Below, piece by piece: positions 1 to 9,606 of a stretch of DNA of 20,744 nucleotides (its first letter is position 1; each line of letters starts with the position of its first letter). The stretch is taken from positions 1-20,744 of the forward strand of contig JBGGMJ010000074.1 of NCBI GenBank assembly GCA_041288095.1, written 5' to 3'. Made by a program: the position numbers and the translations under genes. This stretch comes from Myxococcota bacterium (GTDB lineage: Bacteria > Myxococcota > XYA12-FULL-58-9 > JALHOP01). The notes beneath the pieces are model-generated. The model did not search any database. It had not been told where the DNA came from and worked only from the letters and a program-made list of their open reading frames with translations.

Positions 1-636
1 GCCCTTCAAGCGGCCCCAGAAGGTGATGCTGAACGCGGAGACGTCCGCCCAAAGCCTGTTGATGAGGTTCAGCACCGAATAGACGAGGCCGACGAAGAAG
101 CCGACGAAGACCATCTTCGCCTGCGTGCCGCCCTGCTCACCGACGATGAGCACGTCGGCACAAGCAGTGCCTTCGGGATAGGTGAGCTTGCCGTGCTCCT
201 TGACGATGAGCCCGTGGCGCAGCGGAATCATCATGAGCACGCCGATGAGGCCGCCGAGCATGGCGACCAGCATGATGCGCGAAGCTTCGAGGTCCCCGCC
301 CATGATCAGCAGCGACGGCAACGTGAAGGCGACGCCCGCGGCGAGCGACTCACCCGCCGACCCGGCGGTCTGCACGATGTTGTTCTCGAGGATGGTCGCG
401 GGCTTCAAGCCAATCGCCTTGGCGAGCCAACGGAACAGCGTGATCGAGAGAACCGCGACCGGAATCGAGGCCGAGACCGTGAGGCCAACCTTCAAGCCCA
501 GGTACACCGACGATGCCGCGAAGATGACGCCGAGGAGCGACCCGATGATCAGCGCGCGGACCGTCAGCTCGGTGACGTTTTGTTCAGGAGCAATAAAAGG
601 CTTGAAGCCTTCGCCACCTTCGGAGTGTGATCCCAT
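1..636 (-). CDS. OPT family oligopeptide transporter, N-terminal part (runs off the left edge; not in the ORF track)
   Basis: Manual translation from ATG 636: [64 protein letters not shown]...[24 protein letters not shown]...LMMIPLR...[13 protein letters not shown]. ELTxRA, YLGLKxG, ENNIVQT and YPEGTA are OPT-family motifs. The frame is open to position 1. Confidence 0.93.
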   Translation of the reverse strand, partial: MGSHSEGGEGFKPFIAPEQNVTELTVRALIIGSLLGVIFAASSVYLGLKVGLTVSASIPVAVLSITLFRWLAKAIGLKPATILENNIVQTAGSAGESLAAGVAFTLPSLLIMGGDLEASRIMLVAMLGGLIGVLMMIPLRHGLIVKEHGKLTYPEGTACADVLIVGEQGGTQAKMVFVGFFVGLVYSVLNLINRLWADVSAFSITFWGRLKG

Positions 637-767
637 GTGGGTGTCGGACTGAGTCTGGTGTGCGGCCACGTTGACTCCAAACACATTGATAAGGTGCGGT
701 GAGCCGGTAGCACGGTCACGAACGATTTGGCTAGCCCTGTCATCGTCTAGTTGGCATGACCCCGCCG

Positions 768-2639
<1,872 letters not shown>

Positions 2640-2656
2640 TCTAAACGTCTCGCGTA

Positions 2657-2686
2657 TTGCCGTGACGCAGGGTCCATTCTTAGGTT
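2657..2686 (+). promoter_or_regulatory. possible sigma70-type promoter for the kinase-transporter-Omp85 unit
   Basis: TTGCCG (2657-2662), 18 nt spacer, TAGGTT (2681-2686), in the 64-nt gap before ATG 2704. Weak match only. Confidence 0.25.
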
Positions 2687-2703
2687 ACGGCTTAGGCCTT
2701 CGG

Positions 2704-4035
2704 ATGACCCAAAATCCCCGCGAAGTGCATTTCATTCCAACGCACGGCACGGTGACGCACGCCGTGAACGCGGAAGTGCGCGACGACGTGCGCCCGGAGA
2801 TGATGGTCCGCCGCGGCCAGCGTATCGGTCGCCTCGCCATCGCCGGCTTGTGCTTGTGGGTCGCGTCGCTCGTCTTGGCCCTGGTCACCCTGAACCTCCA
2901 CGGCCTCGTGCTCAACTGGACGCACACCTTGGCCATCGCCACCGGCACCCTGGCGCTCGTGCTCATGGGCGTCTCCGTGCGCAACCTCTACACGCTGGTG
3001 TCGACCATCCGTGGCTCGGCCAACATGGGCAGCTACAACCTCGAGCGCCTCCTCGGCAAAGGCGGCATGGGCGAGGTCTGGAGCGCCAAGCACCGTCTGC
3101 TCGCGCGGCCAGCCGCCGTGAAGCTCATCAAGGCTCAGGCCATGGGCGCCGGCAGCGGCTCGAGCTCCGACGTCGCGACGGCGCGCGTTCGCTTCGCACG
3201 CGAAGCTCAAGCCATCGCCCGCCTCTCGTCGCCGCACACCGTGCAGCTGTTCGACTTCGGCATCGCGGACTCCGGTGACTTTTACTACGTCATGGAGCTG
3301 CTCAACGGCTTCACCATGGAGCAAATGGTCGAGCGCTACGGTCAGGTCGACCCGGCGCGCGTCATCTACCTCATCGTGCAAGCCGCCGAGTCGCTCGCCG
3401 AGGCACACCAGGCGGGTCTCGTGCATCGCGACGTCAAGCCGGCGAACATTTTCGTGTGCCGCTACGGCATGCGCTACGACTTCGTGAAGGTCTTGGACTT
3501 CGGGTTGGTGAAGGACCGCACCCGCGAGCTGACCGCTCAAACGGTCACGACCGACGGCACCATCACCGGCACACCTGCTTACATGGCTCCCGAGATCGCG
3601 CTCGGCAAGATCAACATCGACGCGCGGGCCGACATCTACTCGCTCGGGTGCGTCGCCTTCTGGCTGCTCACCGGCAAGAATCTGTTCGAAGGCGACACCG
3701 TGATGGAAGTGCTGGTGCGCCACGTCAACGCCAAGCCGCCGTCCATCAGGGACCACGTCGAGGTGGAGATGCCTGCGGGCCTCGAGGATGCGATCTTGCG
3801 CACCCTCGCCAAGGATCCCGACGACCGCCCGCAAACCATGGACGAGCTCATCCACGAGCTCTTGTCCGTCAAAGTGGACGCCCCGTGGAACTTCGCGCGT
3901 GCCCGCCGCTGGTGGGAAGCGCATGTCCCGGAAGTGCCCACGGTCTCCGCGACCGGGGCCGACAGTGCGGTGCGTGACCGAGCCGTCGATGAAGCCGTCG
4001 CGGCCGCGGCCGCGGTGAGCAGTGAGCGGCGATGA
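2704..4035 (+). CDS. Hanks-type Ser/Thr protein kinase with two N-terminal transmembrane helices
   Basis: All motifs intact: GKGGMG, AAVK, FAREA, HRDVKPAN, DFG, GTPAYMAPE, DIYSLG. Two hydrophobic stretches precede the kinase domain. ATG 2704 chosen because the ORF-track start (2548) lies inside the peptidase gene. Confidence 0.95.
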   Translation: MTQNPREVHFIPTHGTVTHAVNAEVRDDVRPEMMVRRGQRIGRLAIAGLCLWVASLVLALVTLNLHGLVLNWTHTLAIATGTLALVLMGVSVRNLYTLVSTIRGSANMGSYNLERLLGKGGMGEVWSAKHRLLARPAAVKLIKAQAMGAGSGSSSDVATARVRFAREAQAIARLSSPHTVQLFDFGIADSGDFYYVMELLNGFTMEQMVERYGQVDPARVIYLIVQAAESLAEAHQAGLVHRDVKPANIFVCRYGMRYDFVKVLDFGLVKDRTRELTAQTVTTDGTITGTPAYMAPEIALGKINIDARADIYSLGCVAFWLLTGKNLFEGDTVMEVLVRHVNAKPPSIRDHVEVEMPAGLEDAILRTLAKDPDDRPQTMDELIHELLSVKVDAPWNFARARRWWEAHVPEVPTVSATGADSAVRDRAVDEAVAAAAAVSSERR

Positions 4036-6437
4036 GCTCTAGCGCGGAGACTTCCGCATCGCGGTCGGAAGGTAATCGCGCCGCCGCGCTGCTCGCGGCT
4101 TTCTGCGCCTTGGTGATGATCGCCTTCCAAACCGCGAGCAAGGTCATTCGCGATACACTCTTTTTCGAGAGCTTCGAAGTCACGGCGCTGCCGACCATCG
4201 TCATCTGTGCCGCCGTCGCGTCGGTCGCCTTCGCCATCCCCGCGGGTCGCGTGATTCGCGTGCTGTCGCCGGCCCGGATTATCCCCCTCGGCTTCCTGAT
4301 TTCGGCCGGCCTGCTTATGGCCGAGTGGACCTTCCGCTATACGGCGCCGAAGGTGACCGCTATCGCGCTCTACCTGCATTTCGCGGCGCTAGGCGCCGTG
4401 CTCATCTCCGGCTTCTGGTCGCTGGTCAACGAGCGCTTCGACGCGCACACCGCGAAGATGTACGTCAGCCGTATCGCCGGCGGCGCGACCCTGGGCGGCC
4501 TCATCGGTGGTGTCGTCGCCGAGCGTCTTTCGGGCGTCCTCGACGCCGCGTCCGTCATCCCGGTACTCGCGGCGTTTCACGCGGCCTGCGCCGTGCTCAC
4601 CTTCATCATCAGCCGCCATCACAAGCGCAAGGTCGCTGGGCCGGCGCCCACGGGCGACAAGACGGACAGCAAACAAGAGCCACGCCCCGCCGAGGAAAGC
4701 CGCGACGACGGCAAGGGTGAGTCGATGCTCTCGGGCCTCGGCATCGTCTTGCGCGTGAAATACCTGCGCAACCTCGCCGCCATGGTGCTCCTGACCACGA
4801 CGGCGGCCGGCGTGCTCGACTACGTGTTCAAGGCGGCGGTCGTCGCCGAATACGTCGAGAAGGCGGAGCGGCAGCGCTTCTTCGCCATCTTCTACACCAG
4901 CTCCTCGCTCGCGACATTCCTGCTCCAAGCGCTGCTCGGCTCGCGCATGCTGCACCGCTTCGGTATCGCCGTGACCATGGGCACGCTGCCGGTCATCTCT
5001 GGGATCGGCGCCGTCTTGAACTTCGTCTTCCCGGGCGTCTGGACCGCGACAGTGCTGCGCGGCGGTGAGCTCGCGCTGCACAGCTCCCTGTTCCGAGCGG
5101 GCTACGAGCAGCACTACACGCCGATTCCTCCGCGCGAGAAGCGGCCAGCCAAGTCCGTGAACGACGTCGTCGTCGACCGCACCGGTGACGCGCTCGGCGG
5201 CGGCATCATCTCGGGCCTCTTGGCCGTATCCGCCGCCATGAACTTGAAAGTGGCGATGCTGCTCGTCGGCGTCACCATCGTCCTGTACGTCATAGCGATC
5301 ATCATCACGAGTCGCCTGCGGGCCGGCTACGTGGAGGCCATCGAGAAGGGCTTGGTCGACCGAGCCTACGACCTCGAGACCGTCGACCCCCTGAGCGGCG
5401 CGCCGCTGAGCTTCGCGGGTTATGGCAACGACTCGCTCACCCATGCGGCCGTCGCCTCCGCCTCGAAGAGCGCCGTCAACATGTCGATGCATTCGCTGCA
5501 ATCGATCGCCCCCGTGCCTTCCTCGATGGCCCCGGGCGCGCCATTGGGCTCGGAGCACAACGCCGCGACGGACAACCTGGTGTCACTCACGGCCGACCTG
5601 CGCTCGCGCGACCCCGCGCGTGTGAAACGCGCCTTGAAGTGCTTTGGCTCGGTCGACCGTCCGCCCGTGCAAACAGCCGTGCCGCTCCTCGCCTGGGACG
5701 CGGTCGCGCCCCAGGTCGTCGCGGCGCTCCGCCCCCTCTGCAACCGTTACGTCGGCACCTTGGTCGATGCCCTCCTCGACGAAGACGAAGAGTTCACGGT
5801 GCGGCGCCGCGTGCCGCGTATCTTGGCCGCCGCGACTTCGCAGCGGGCCTTCGACGGCCTGACGCGCGCGCTCGCGGACAAGCGCTTCGAGATCCGCTAT
5901 CGCGCAGCAAACGCCCTCGTACGCATTCACGGCAAGAACCCGGAGGTCGAGGTCAACAAGGAGCGCATCTACGACGCCATCCGCGCCGCGGTGGCGAGCG
6001 ATGCCCGGCTGGTCGCAAGCCGCACCATCGTCGACCGACTGCCCGACACCGACGCGCCGCTTCTCGGCGAGGTCCTCGAGGAGCGGCTCGACCGCGGCCT
6101 CGAGCACGTCTTCACGCTGCTCTCCTTGGTGCTCGACTCGCAGCACGTCCGCATCGCCTTCCAGGGCATCCACACCAACGACCCATCGCTGCACGGCCTC
6201 GCGCTCGAGTACCTGGACAGCGTCCTCCCGGATGATCTGCGTGAGCCCGTATTGGCCCTCGTCGCCATCGACGAGGAAGCCAAGAAGAAGCCGCGTGGCC
6301 AGGTGAGCCGCGATCAACGCCAAGTCGTCGAGGACCTGCTGCGCTCGCGCGAGTCCATCGTCATGAATCTTACGGCGCTGAAGAAGACCTCGAAGCGCCG
6401 CGAGCCCGCCGAGGGCGAGACCTCCGAAAGCAAATAG
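4032..6437 (+). CDS. TLC/NTT-like (ATP/ADP translocase-related, MFS fold) transporter fused to a C-terminal HEAT-repeat-like domain
   Basis: About 12 hydrophobic segments with TLC-like motifs KVIRDTLFF, FWSLVNERFD..AK, GATLGGLIGG and YTPIPPREKRPAKSVND...RTGDALGG. Helical tail LLDEDEEFTVRRRVPRIL / LADKRFEIRYRAANAL resembles HEAT repeats. ATGA overlap with the kinase stop. Confidence 0.8.
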   Translation: MSSSAETSASRSEGNRAAALLAAFCALVMIAFQTASKVIRDTLFFESFEVTALPTIVICAAVASVAFAIPAGRVIRVLSPARIIPLGFLISAGLLMAEWTFRYTAPKVTAIALYLHFAALGAVLISGFWSLVNERFDAHTAKMYVSRIAGGATLGGLIGGVVAERLSGVLDAASVIPVLAAFHAACAVLTFIISRHHKRKVAGPAPTGDKTDSKQEPRPAEESRDDGKGESMLSGLGIVLRVKYLRNLAAMVLLTTTAAGVLDYVFKAAVVAEYVEKAERQRFFAIFYTSSSLATFLLQALLGSRMLHRFGIAVTMGTLPVISGIGAVLNFVFPGVWTATVLRGGELALHSSLFRAGYEQHYTPIPPREKRPAKSVNDVVVDRTGDALGGGIISGLLAVSAAMNLKVAMLLVGVTIVLYVIAIIITSRLRAGYVEAIEKGLVDRAYDLETVDPLSGAPLSFAGYGNDSLTHAAVASASKSAVNMSMHSLQSIAPVPSSMAPGAPLGSEHNAATDNLVSLTADLRSRDPARVKRALKCFGSVDRPPVQTAVPLLAWDAVAPQVVAALRPLCNRYVGTLVDALLDEDEEFTVRRRVPRILAAATSQRAFDGLTRALADKRFEIRYRAANALVRIHGKNPEVEVNKERIYDAIRAAVASDARLVASRTIVDRLPDTDAPLLGEVLEERLDRGLEHVFTLLSLVLDSQHVRIAFQGIHTNDPSLHGLALEYLDSVLPDDLREPVLALVAIDEEAKKKPRGQVSRDQRQVVEDLLRSRESIVMNLTALKKTSKRREPAEGETSESK

Positions 6438-6445
6438 GGACTAGC

Positions 6446-7984
6446 CTGACACCTTCCACACTGCTGCTGCTCGCCCTCGCCATTGCGCAGGCCGAGCCCG
6501 AAACACCGACCGCCGGAGCGGATACGTCCGCGCCCGCCGCGCAACAAGAGACGCCGCCCGCCGCCGAGCCGGCCGACGACGAGAGCATCTTATCGCCGCC
6601 GCGTGAGCCGAGCGCGGGTCCGCTCGAAGAACGGCGCGAAGTGCCCGATTACGACGGTCGCGAGGGTGAGTGGTCGCCATCGCCCGTGGTTTGGCCGGCC
6701 CGGCTCGTGCTCTTTCCCTTGTTTCTGGTCACCGAAGTCGGCTTACGCCAGCCCATCGGCTTCATCACCCGCGGCATCGACCGCTTCAACATCGCGACGC
6801 GCACGCGCGAAGCGCTCACGTTCCGCGACCACACCCTCGGGTTCTTTCCCACCATCACCATCGCCAACGGCATGCAGCCGGGCTTCGGCATTGCCGCTTT
6901 CGCGGACCGGCTCTTCGTCGACTGGCACTTCATGCGCGGCTCGGTGGTCACCGATTTCCAGCGCAACATCATCGCCAGCTTCTTGAACCGCTTCAACCTC
7001 GGGCGGGCCGCGGATCTCAACCTGCTGGCGAGCTACCAGCGCCGCAACGACCTCGTCTTCTACGGCACCGGCAGCGACACCGTGAGAGACGACCGCACGC
7101 GCTTCGAACGGCGCAAGCCCTTCATCGAGCTCGAGCTCGCGACGGGCTCCGGTCAGGTAGCCAGCGCCGCCGCCTCATCGAACGGTATCTCCTCCGGCGA
7201 CTTCGCGACTCTCGACACGGCGTTGCAGGCCTTGAGTCACTTCGGCGGCCGGTTGTCGATCGAGCTCTCCGACAACAACTTCGGCTGCACCACGCGGGCT
7301 CCCGATATTTGCGGCGACGACAGCGCCGAGGGCACCGGCGACGACCGCTACAGCCTCGGCCGCGACGGCGAAGCCGCTTACTTCACCAGCGGCTACGCGC
7401 TCATGCGCATCAAAGCGTTGATCTCCGCCGACACCCGCAAGGCCGGTCGTCCCAGCTCGACCGGGGTGCGCATCGACATCTTCGGCCGCTACGGCGAAGG
7501 CCTGGGAAGCCGCGCCGACGACGTTCGCTTCTTCCGCTATGGCGGTGAGCTCTCGGGCTTCTGGGACGTCACCGGCCACCGCCGGCGCGTCTTCGCGGCG
7601 CGTCTCTACGTGGAGCTGCTCGAGCGTGGCCGGAATCACGACGTGCCTTTCATGGAGCTCATCAATCTCGGCGGCCCAGAGGTCATGCGCGGCTTCCTAC
7701 GCGCCCGCTTCCAGGGTGAATCGGCGACGGTTGCGACCATCGACTACCGTTGGCCGATCTGGTCGTTCCTCGACGCCAACCTCTTCTACGAAATGGGCAA
7801 CGTCTGGGACCGCCACCTCGCGAACTTCGACGTCAAGAAGCTCCGTGGCGGCTATGGTCTCGCCTTGCGCACCAACAGCTCGCGGGATGCCTCGTTCCAG
7901 TTGCTCATCGCCGCCGGCACCAAGCAGTGGTCCGCCCAGCCGGACGAGTTCCGGTTCATGGCCGGCACCAACGTGGGGTTCTGA
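6446..7984 (+). CDS. Omp85 (BamA/TamA superfamily) outer-membrane beta-barrel without obvious POTRA domains; probable CTG start
   Basis: Loop-6 motif LGGPEVMRGF (MRGF at 7685-7696), amphipathic beta strands, LFYEMGNVW, GYGLALR and C-terminal Phe. The frame upstream of GTG 6641 encodes a signal peptide from CTG 6446, preceded by AGGGA (6436-6440). Confidence 0.82.
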   Translation: MTPSTLLLLALAIAQAEPETPTAGADTSAPAAQQETPPAAEPADDESILSPPREPSAGPLEERREVPDYDGREGEWSPSPVVWPARLVLFPLFLVTEVGLRQPIGFITRGIDRFNIATRTREALTFRDHTLGFFPTITIANGMQPGFGIAAFADRLFVDWHFMRGSVVTDFQRNIIASFLNRFNLGRAADLNLLASYQRRNDLVFYGTGSDTVRDDRTRFERRKPFIELELATGSGQVASAAASSNGISSGDFATLDTALQALSHFGGRLSIELSDNNFGCTTRAPDICGDDSAEGTGDDRYSLGRDGEAAYFTSGYALMRIKALISADTRKAGRPSSTGVRIDIFGRYGEGLGSRADDVRFFRYGGELSGFWDVTGHRRRVFAARLYVELLERGRNHDVPFMELINLGGPEVMRGFLRARFQGESATVATIDYRWPIWSFLDANLFYEMGNVWDRHLANFDVKKLRGGYGLALRTNSSRDASFQLLIAAGTKQWSAQPDEFRFMAGTNVGF

Positions 7985-7985
7985 C

Positions 7986-9605
7986 GTGAAGCGCATCGCC
8001 CTCCTCGCCCTGATCGCCACCGCCTGCGCCAGTCACCCCGGCGGCTGGAAGCCCGTACCGCTCGTCACCCAAGACGACGACCGCCACCCCATCAAAGAGC
8101 CGGATGAGTACTGGTCGTCCCTCTATTGGGACGGCGCCGACCAAATGGTCTTCTTGCCGATGCACCGCGCCCTCTTGGTCGACGTGGGCGGGCCGGCCGT
8201 CAACGTCAACGCCTACGGTGAAGTTCCCAACTCGAGCTGGTTCACCAACCGCATCGGCCGCACGCGCATCTCGCCGGAGCGCCTGGTGCGTGGGCCTTGC
8301 GCCGAGGATGACTACCTCTCGAGCGGGCCTTGGCTTGCCAAGAGCGGCAAGGTCGACGGCGCCAATCCCGGGTTCGTCATCGAAGACGCACAAACGCACA
8401 AGCGCTACGTGTTGAAGTTCGACAGCAAGACGCAGCCCGAACGCGCGAGCAGCGGCGACGTCATCGGCTCGAAGCTCTACTGGGCCTTCGGCGCCAGTGT
8501 CCCCTGCAACTTCGTCGTGACCTTCGACGCCTCGACGGTGCAGCTCGCACCGGATGCAACCCAAACCGATCGCTTCAACAACAAGGTGCCCCTCACCCAA
8601 CAAGACGTCGACCGCGCCATGCAATCCGCGGCGCGAACGCCGGACGGGAAGCTGCGCGCCTCGGCCTCGATGTTCGTCACCGGCAAGCCCATCGGCCCGT
8701 GGACTTATCAAGGCAAGCGCGGCGACGACCCCAACGATGCCTTCGACCACGAGGACCGCCGGGACCTACGTGGCGCCCGCTTGATGGCCGCCTGGACCCA
8801 ACACTTCGACGCGCGCGAGCAAAACACGCTCTCGACCTTCATGAAGGCCGGCGACGGCGAGCTCGGTTGGGTCGAGCACTGGACCATCGACTTCGGCGAT
8901 ACCCTGGGGAGCTTGTGGGCCGCGGACGACATGTCGCGACGCTTCGGGCACTCTTACTACTTCGACTTCGCCGACGTGTTCTCCGACCTCTTCACGTTGG
9001 GCTTCCGGAAGCGCCCCTGGGAACAGGTGCAAAAGGATCCGAAGGCCGAAATCTGGGGTTACTACGAGCACGAGAACTTCGAGCCCGAGGATTGGAAAGG
9101 CGGCTATCAGAACATCGCCTTCATCCGCATGGACGACGCGGATGCCTATTGGGCAGCGCACATCATCTCGCGCTTCACCGATGCGCACATCGACGCCCTG
9201 GTCGCCGCCGCTCAGCTCTCGAAGCGCGAGTATGGCGAACGCCTGCGCGAAGTCCTCATCCAGCGCCGCAACCGCATCGTCGACCGCTACATGTCCCCGA
9301 TGGCCTCGTTCGAAAACCCGGTGCTCGACGACTCACGCCTGTGCTTCGAAGACGCGATGGTGACCGCCGGCCGGCTGCCCACCAGCGGTCAGCGCTACGA
9401 GACGCGGTTCGACGATGGCCCTTGGGTCGCCGTGTCCGCCGAAGCGAACGGCAAGGTATGCACTGCTCTCGAGGCCGGCGCGTCCCGGGTCGAAGCCCGC
9501 ATCACACGGCCCGGCGCCGACGAGCCGACAGCCCCTGTCGCGTTCCACCTCCATCGCGAAGGTAGCGCCACCAAGCTCATCGGCATCGAGCGCAAAACAC
9601 CTTGA
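7986..9605 (+). CDS. hypothetical lipoprotein with atypical protein-kinase-like (HipA/PI3K-like) motifs
   Basis: GTG start 1 nt after the Omp85 stop. Signal MKRIALLALIATAC. Motifs in kinase order: GKVDGANPGF, YVLKFD (K144), HFDAREQN (D275/N280), IDFG (D302). The ORF-track extension to 7539 overlaps the Omp85 gene. Confidence 0.75.
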   Translation: MKRIALLALIATACASHPGGWKPVPLVTQDDDRHPIKEPDEYWSSLYWDGADQMVFLPMHRALLVDVGGPAVNVNAYGEVPNSSWFTNRIGRTRISPERLVRGPCAEDDYLSSGPWLAKSGKVDGANPGFVIEDAQTHKRYVLKFDSKTQPERASSGDVIGSKLYWAFGASVPCNFVVTFDASTVQLAPDATQTDRFNNKVPLTQQDVDRAMQSAARTPDGKLRASASMFVTGKPIGPWTYQGKRGDDPNDAFDHEDRRDLRGARLMAAWTQHFDAREQNTLSTFMKAGDGELGWVEHWTIDFGDTLGSLWAADDMSRRFGHSYYFDFADVFSDLFTLGFRKRPWEQVQKDPKAEIWGYYEHENFEPEDWKGGYQNIAFIRMDDADAYWAAHIISRFTDAHIDALVAAAQLSKREYGERLREVLIQRRNRIVDRYMSPMASFENPVLDDSRLCFEDAMVTAGRLPTSGQRYETRFDDGPWVAVSAEANGKVCTALEAGASRVEARITRPGADEPTAPVAFHLHREGSATKLIGIERKTP

Positions 9606-9606
9606 G

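Noticed and set aside
182-652. plus-strand ORFs 182-652 and 193-630
   Set aside because: Shadows of the minus-strand OPT gene, which the track missed because it has no stop in the window.
671-700. TTGACT -35-like hexamer between the OPT and peptidase genes
   Set aside because: No -10 element at a 16-18 nt spacing.
6245-6640. possible frameshift fusion of transporter and Omp85
   Set aside because: The Omp85 frame is open back to 6245, but I see no slippery site. An RBS plus signal peptide at 6446 is a simpler explanation, and an inner/outer membrane fusion is implausible.
6483-6986. 167-aa plus-strand ORF as a separate small gene
   Set aside because: Low-complexity Arg/Pro/Ser off-frame translation within the extended Omp85 CDS.
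7539-7985. N-terminal extension of the 688-aa ORF
   Set aside because: Ser/Arg-rich off-frame read of the Omp85 gene. The lipoprotein signal begins at GTG 7986.
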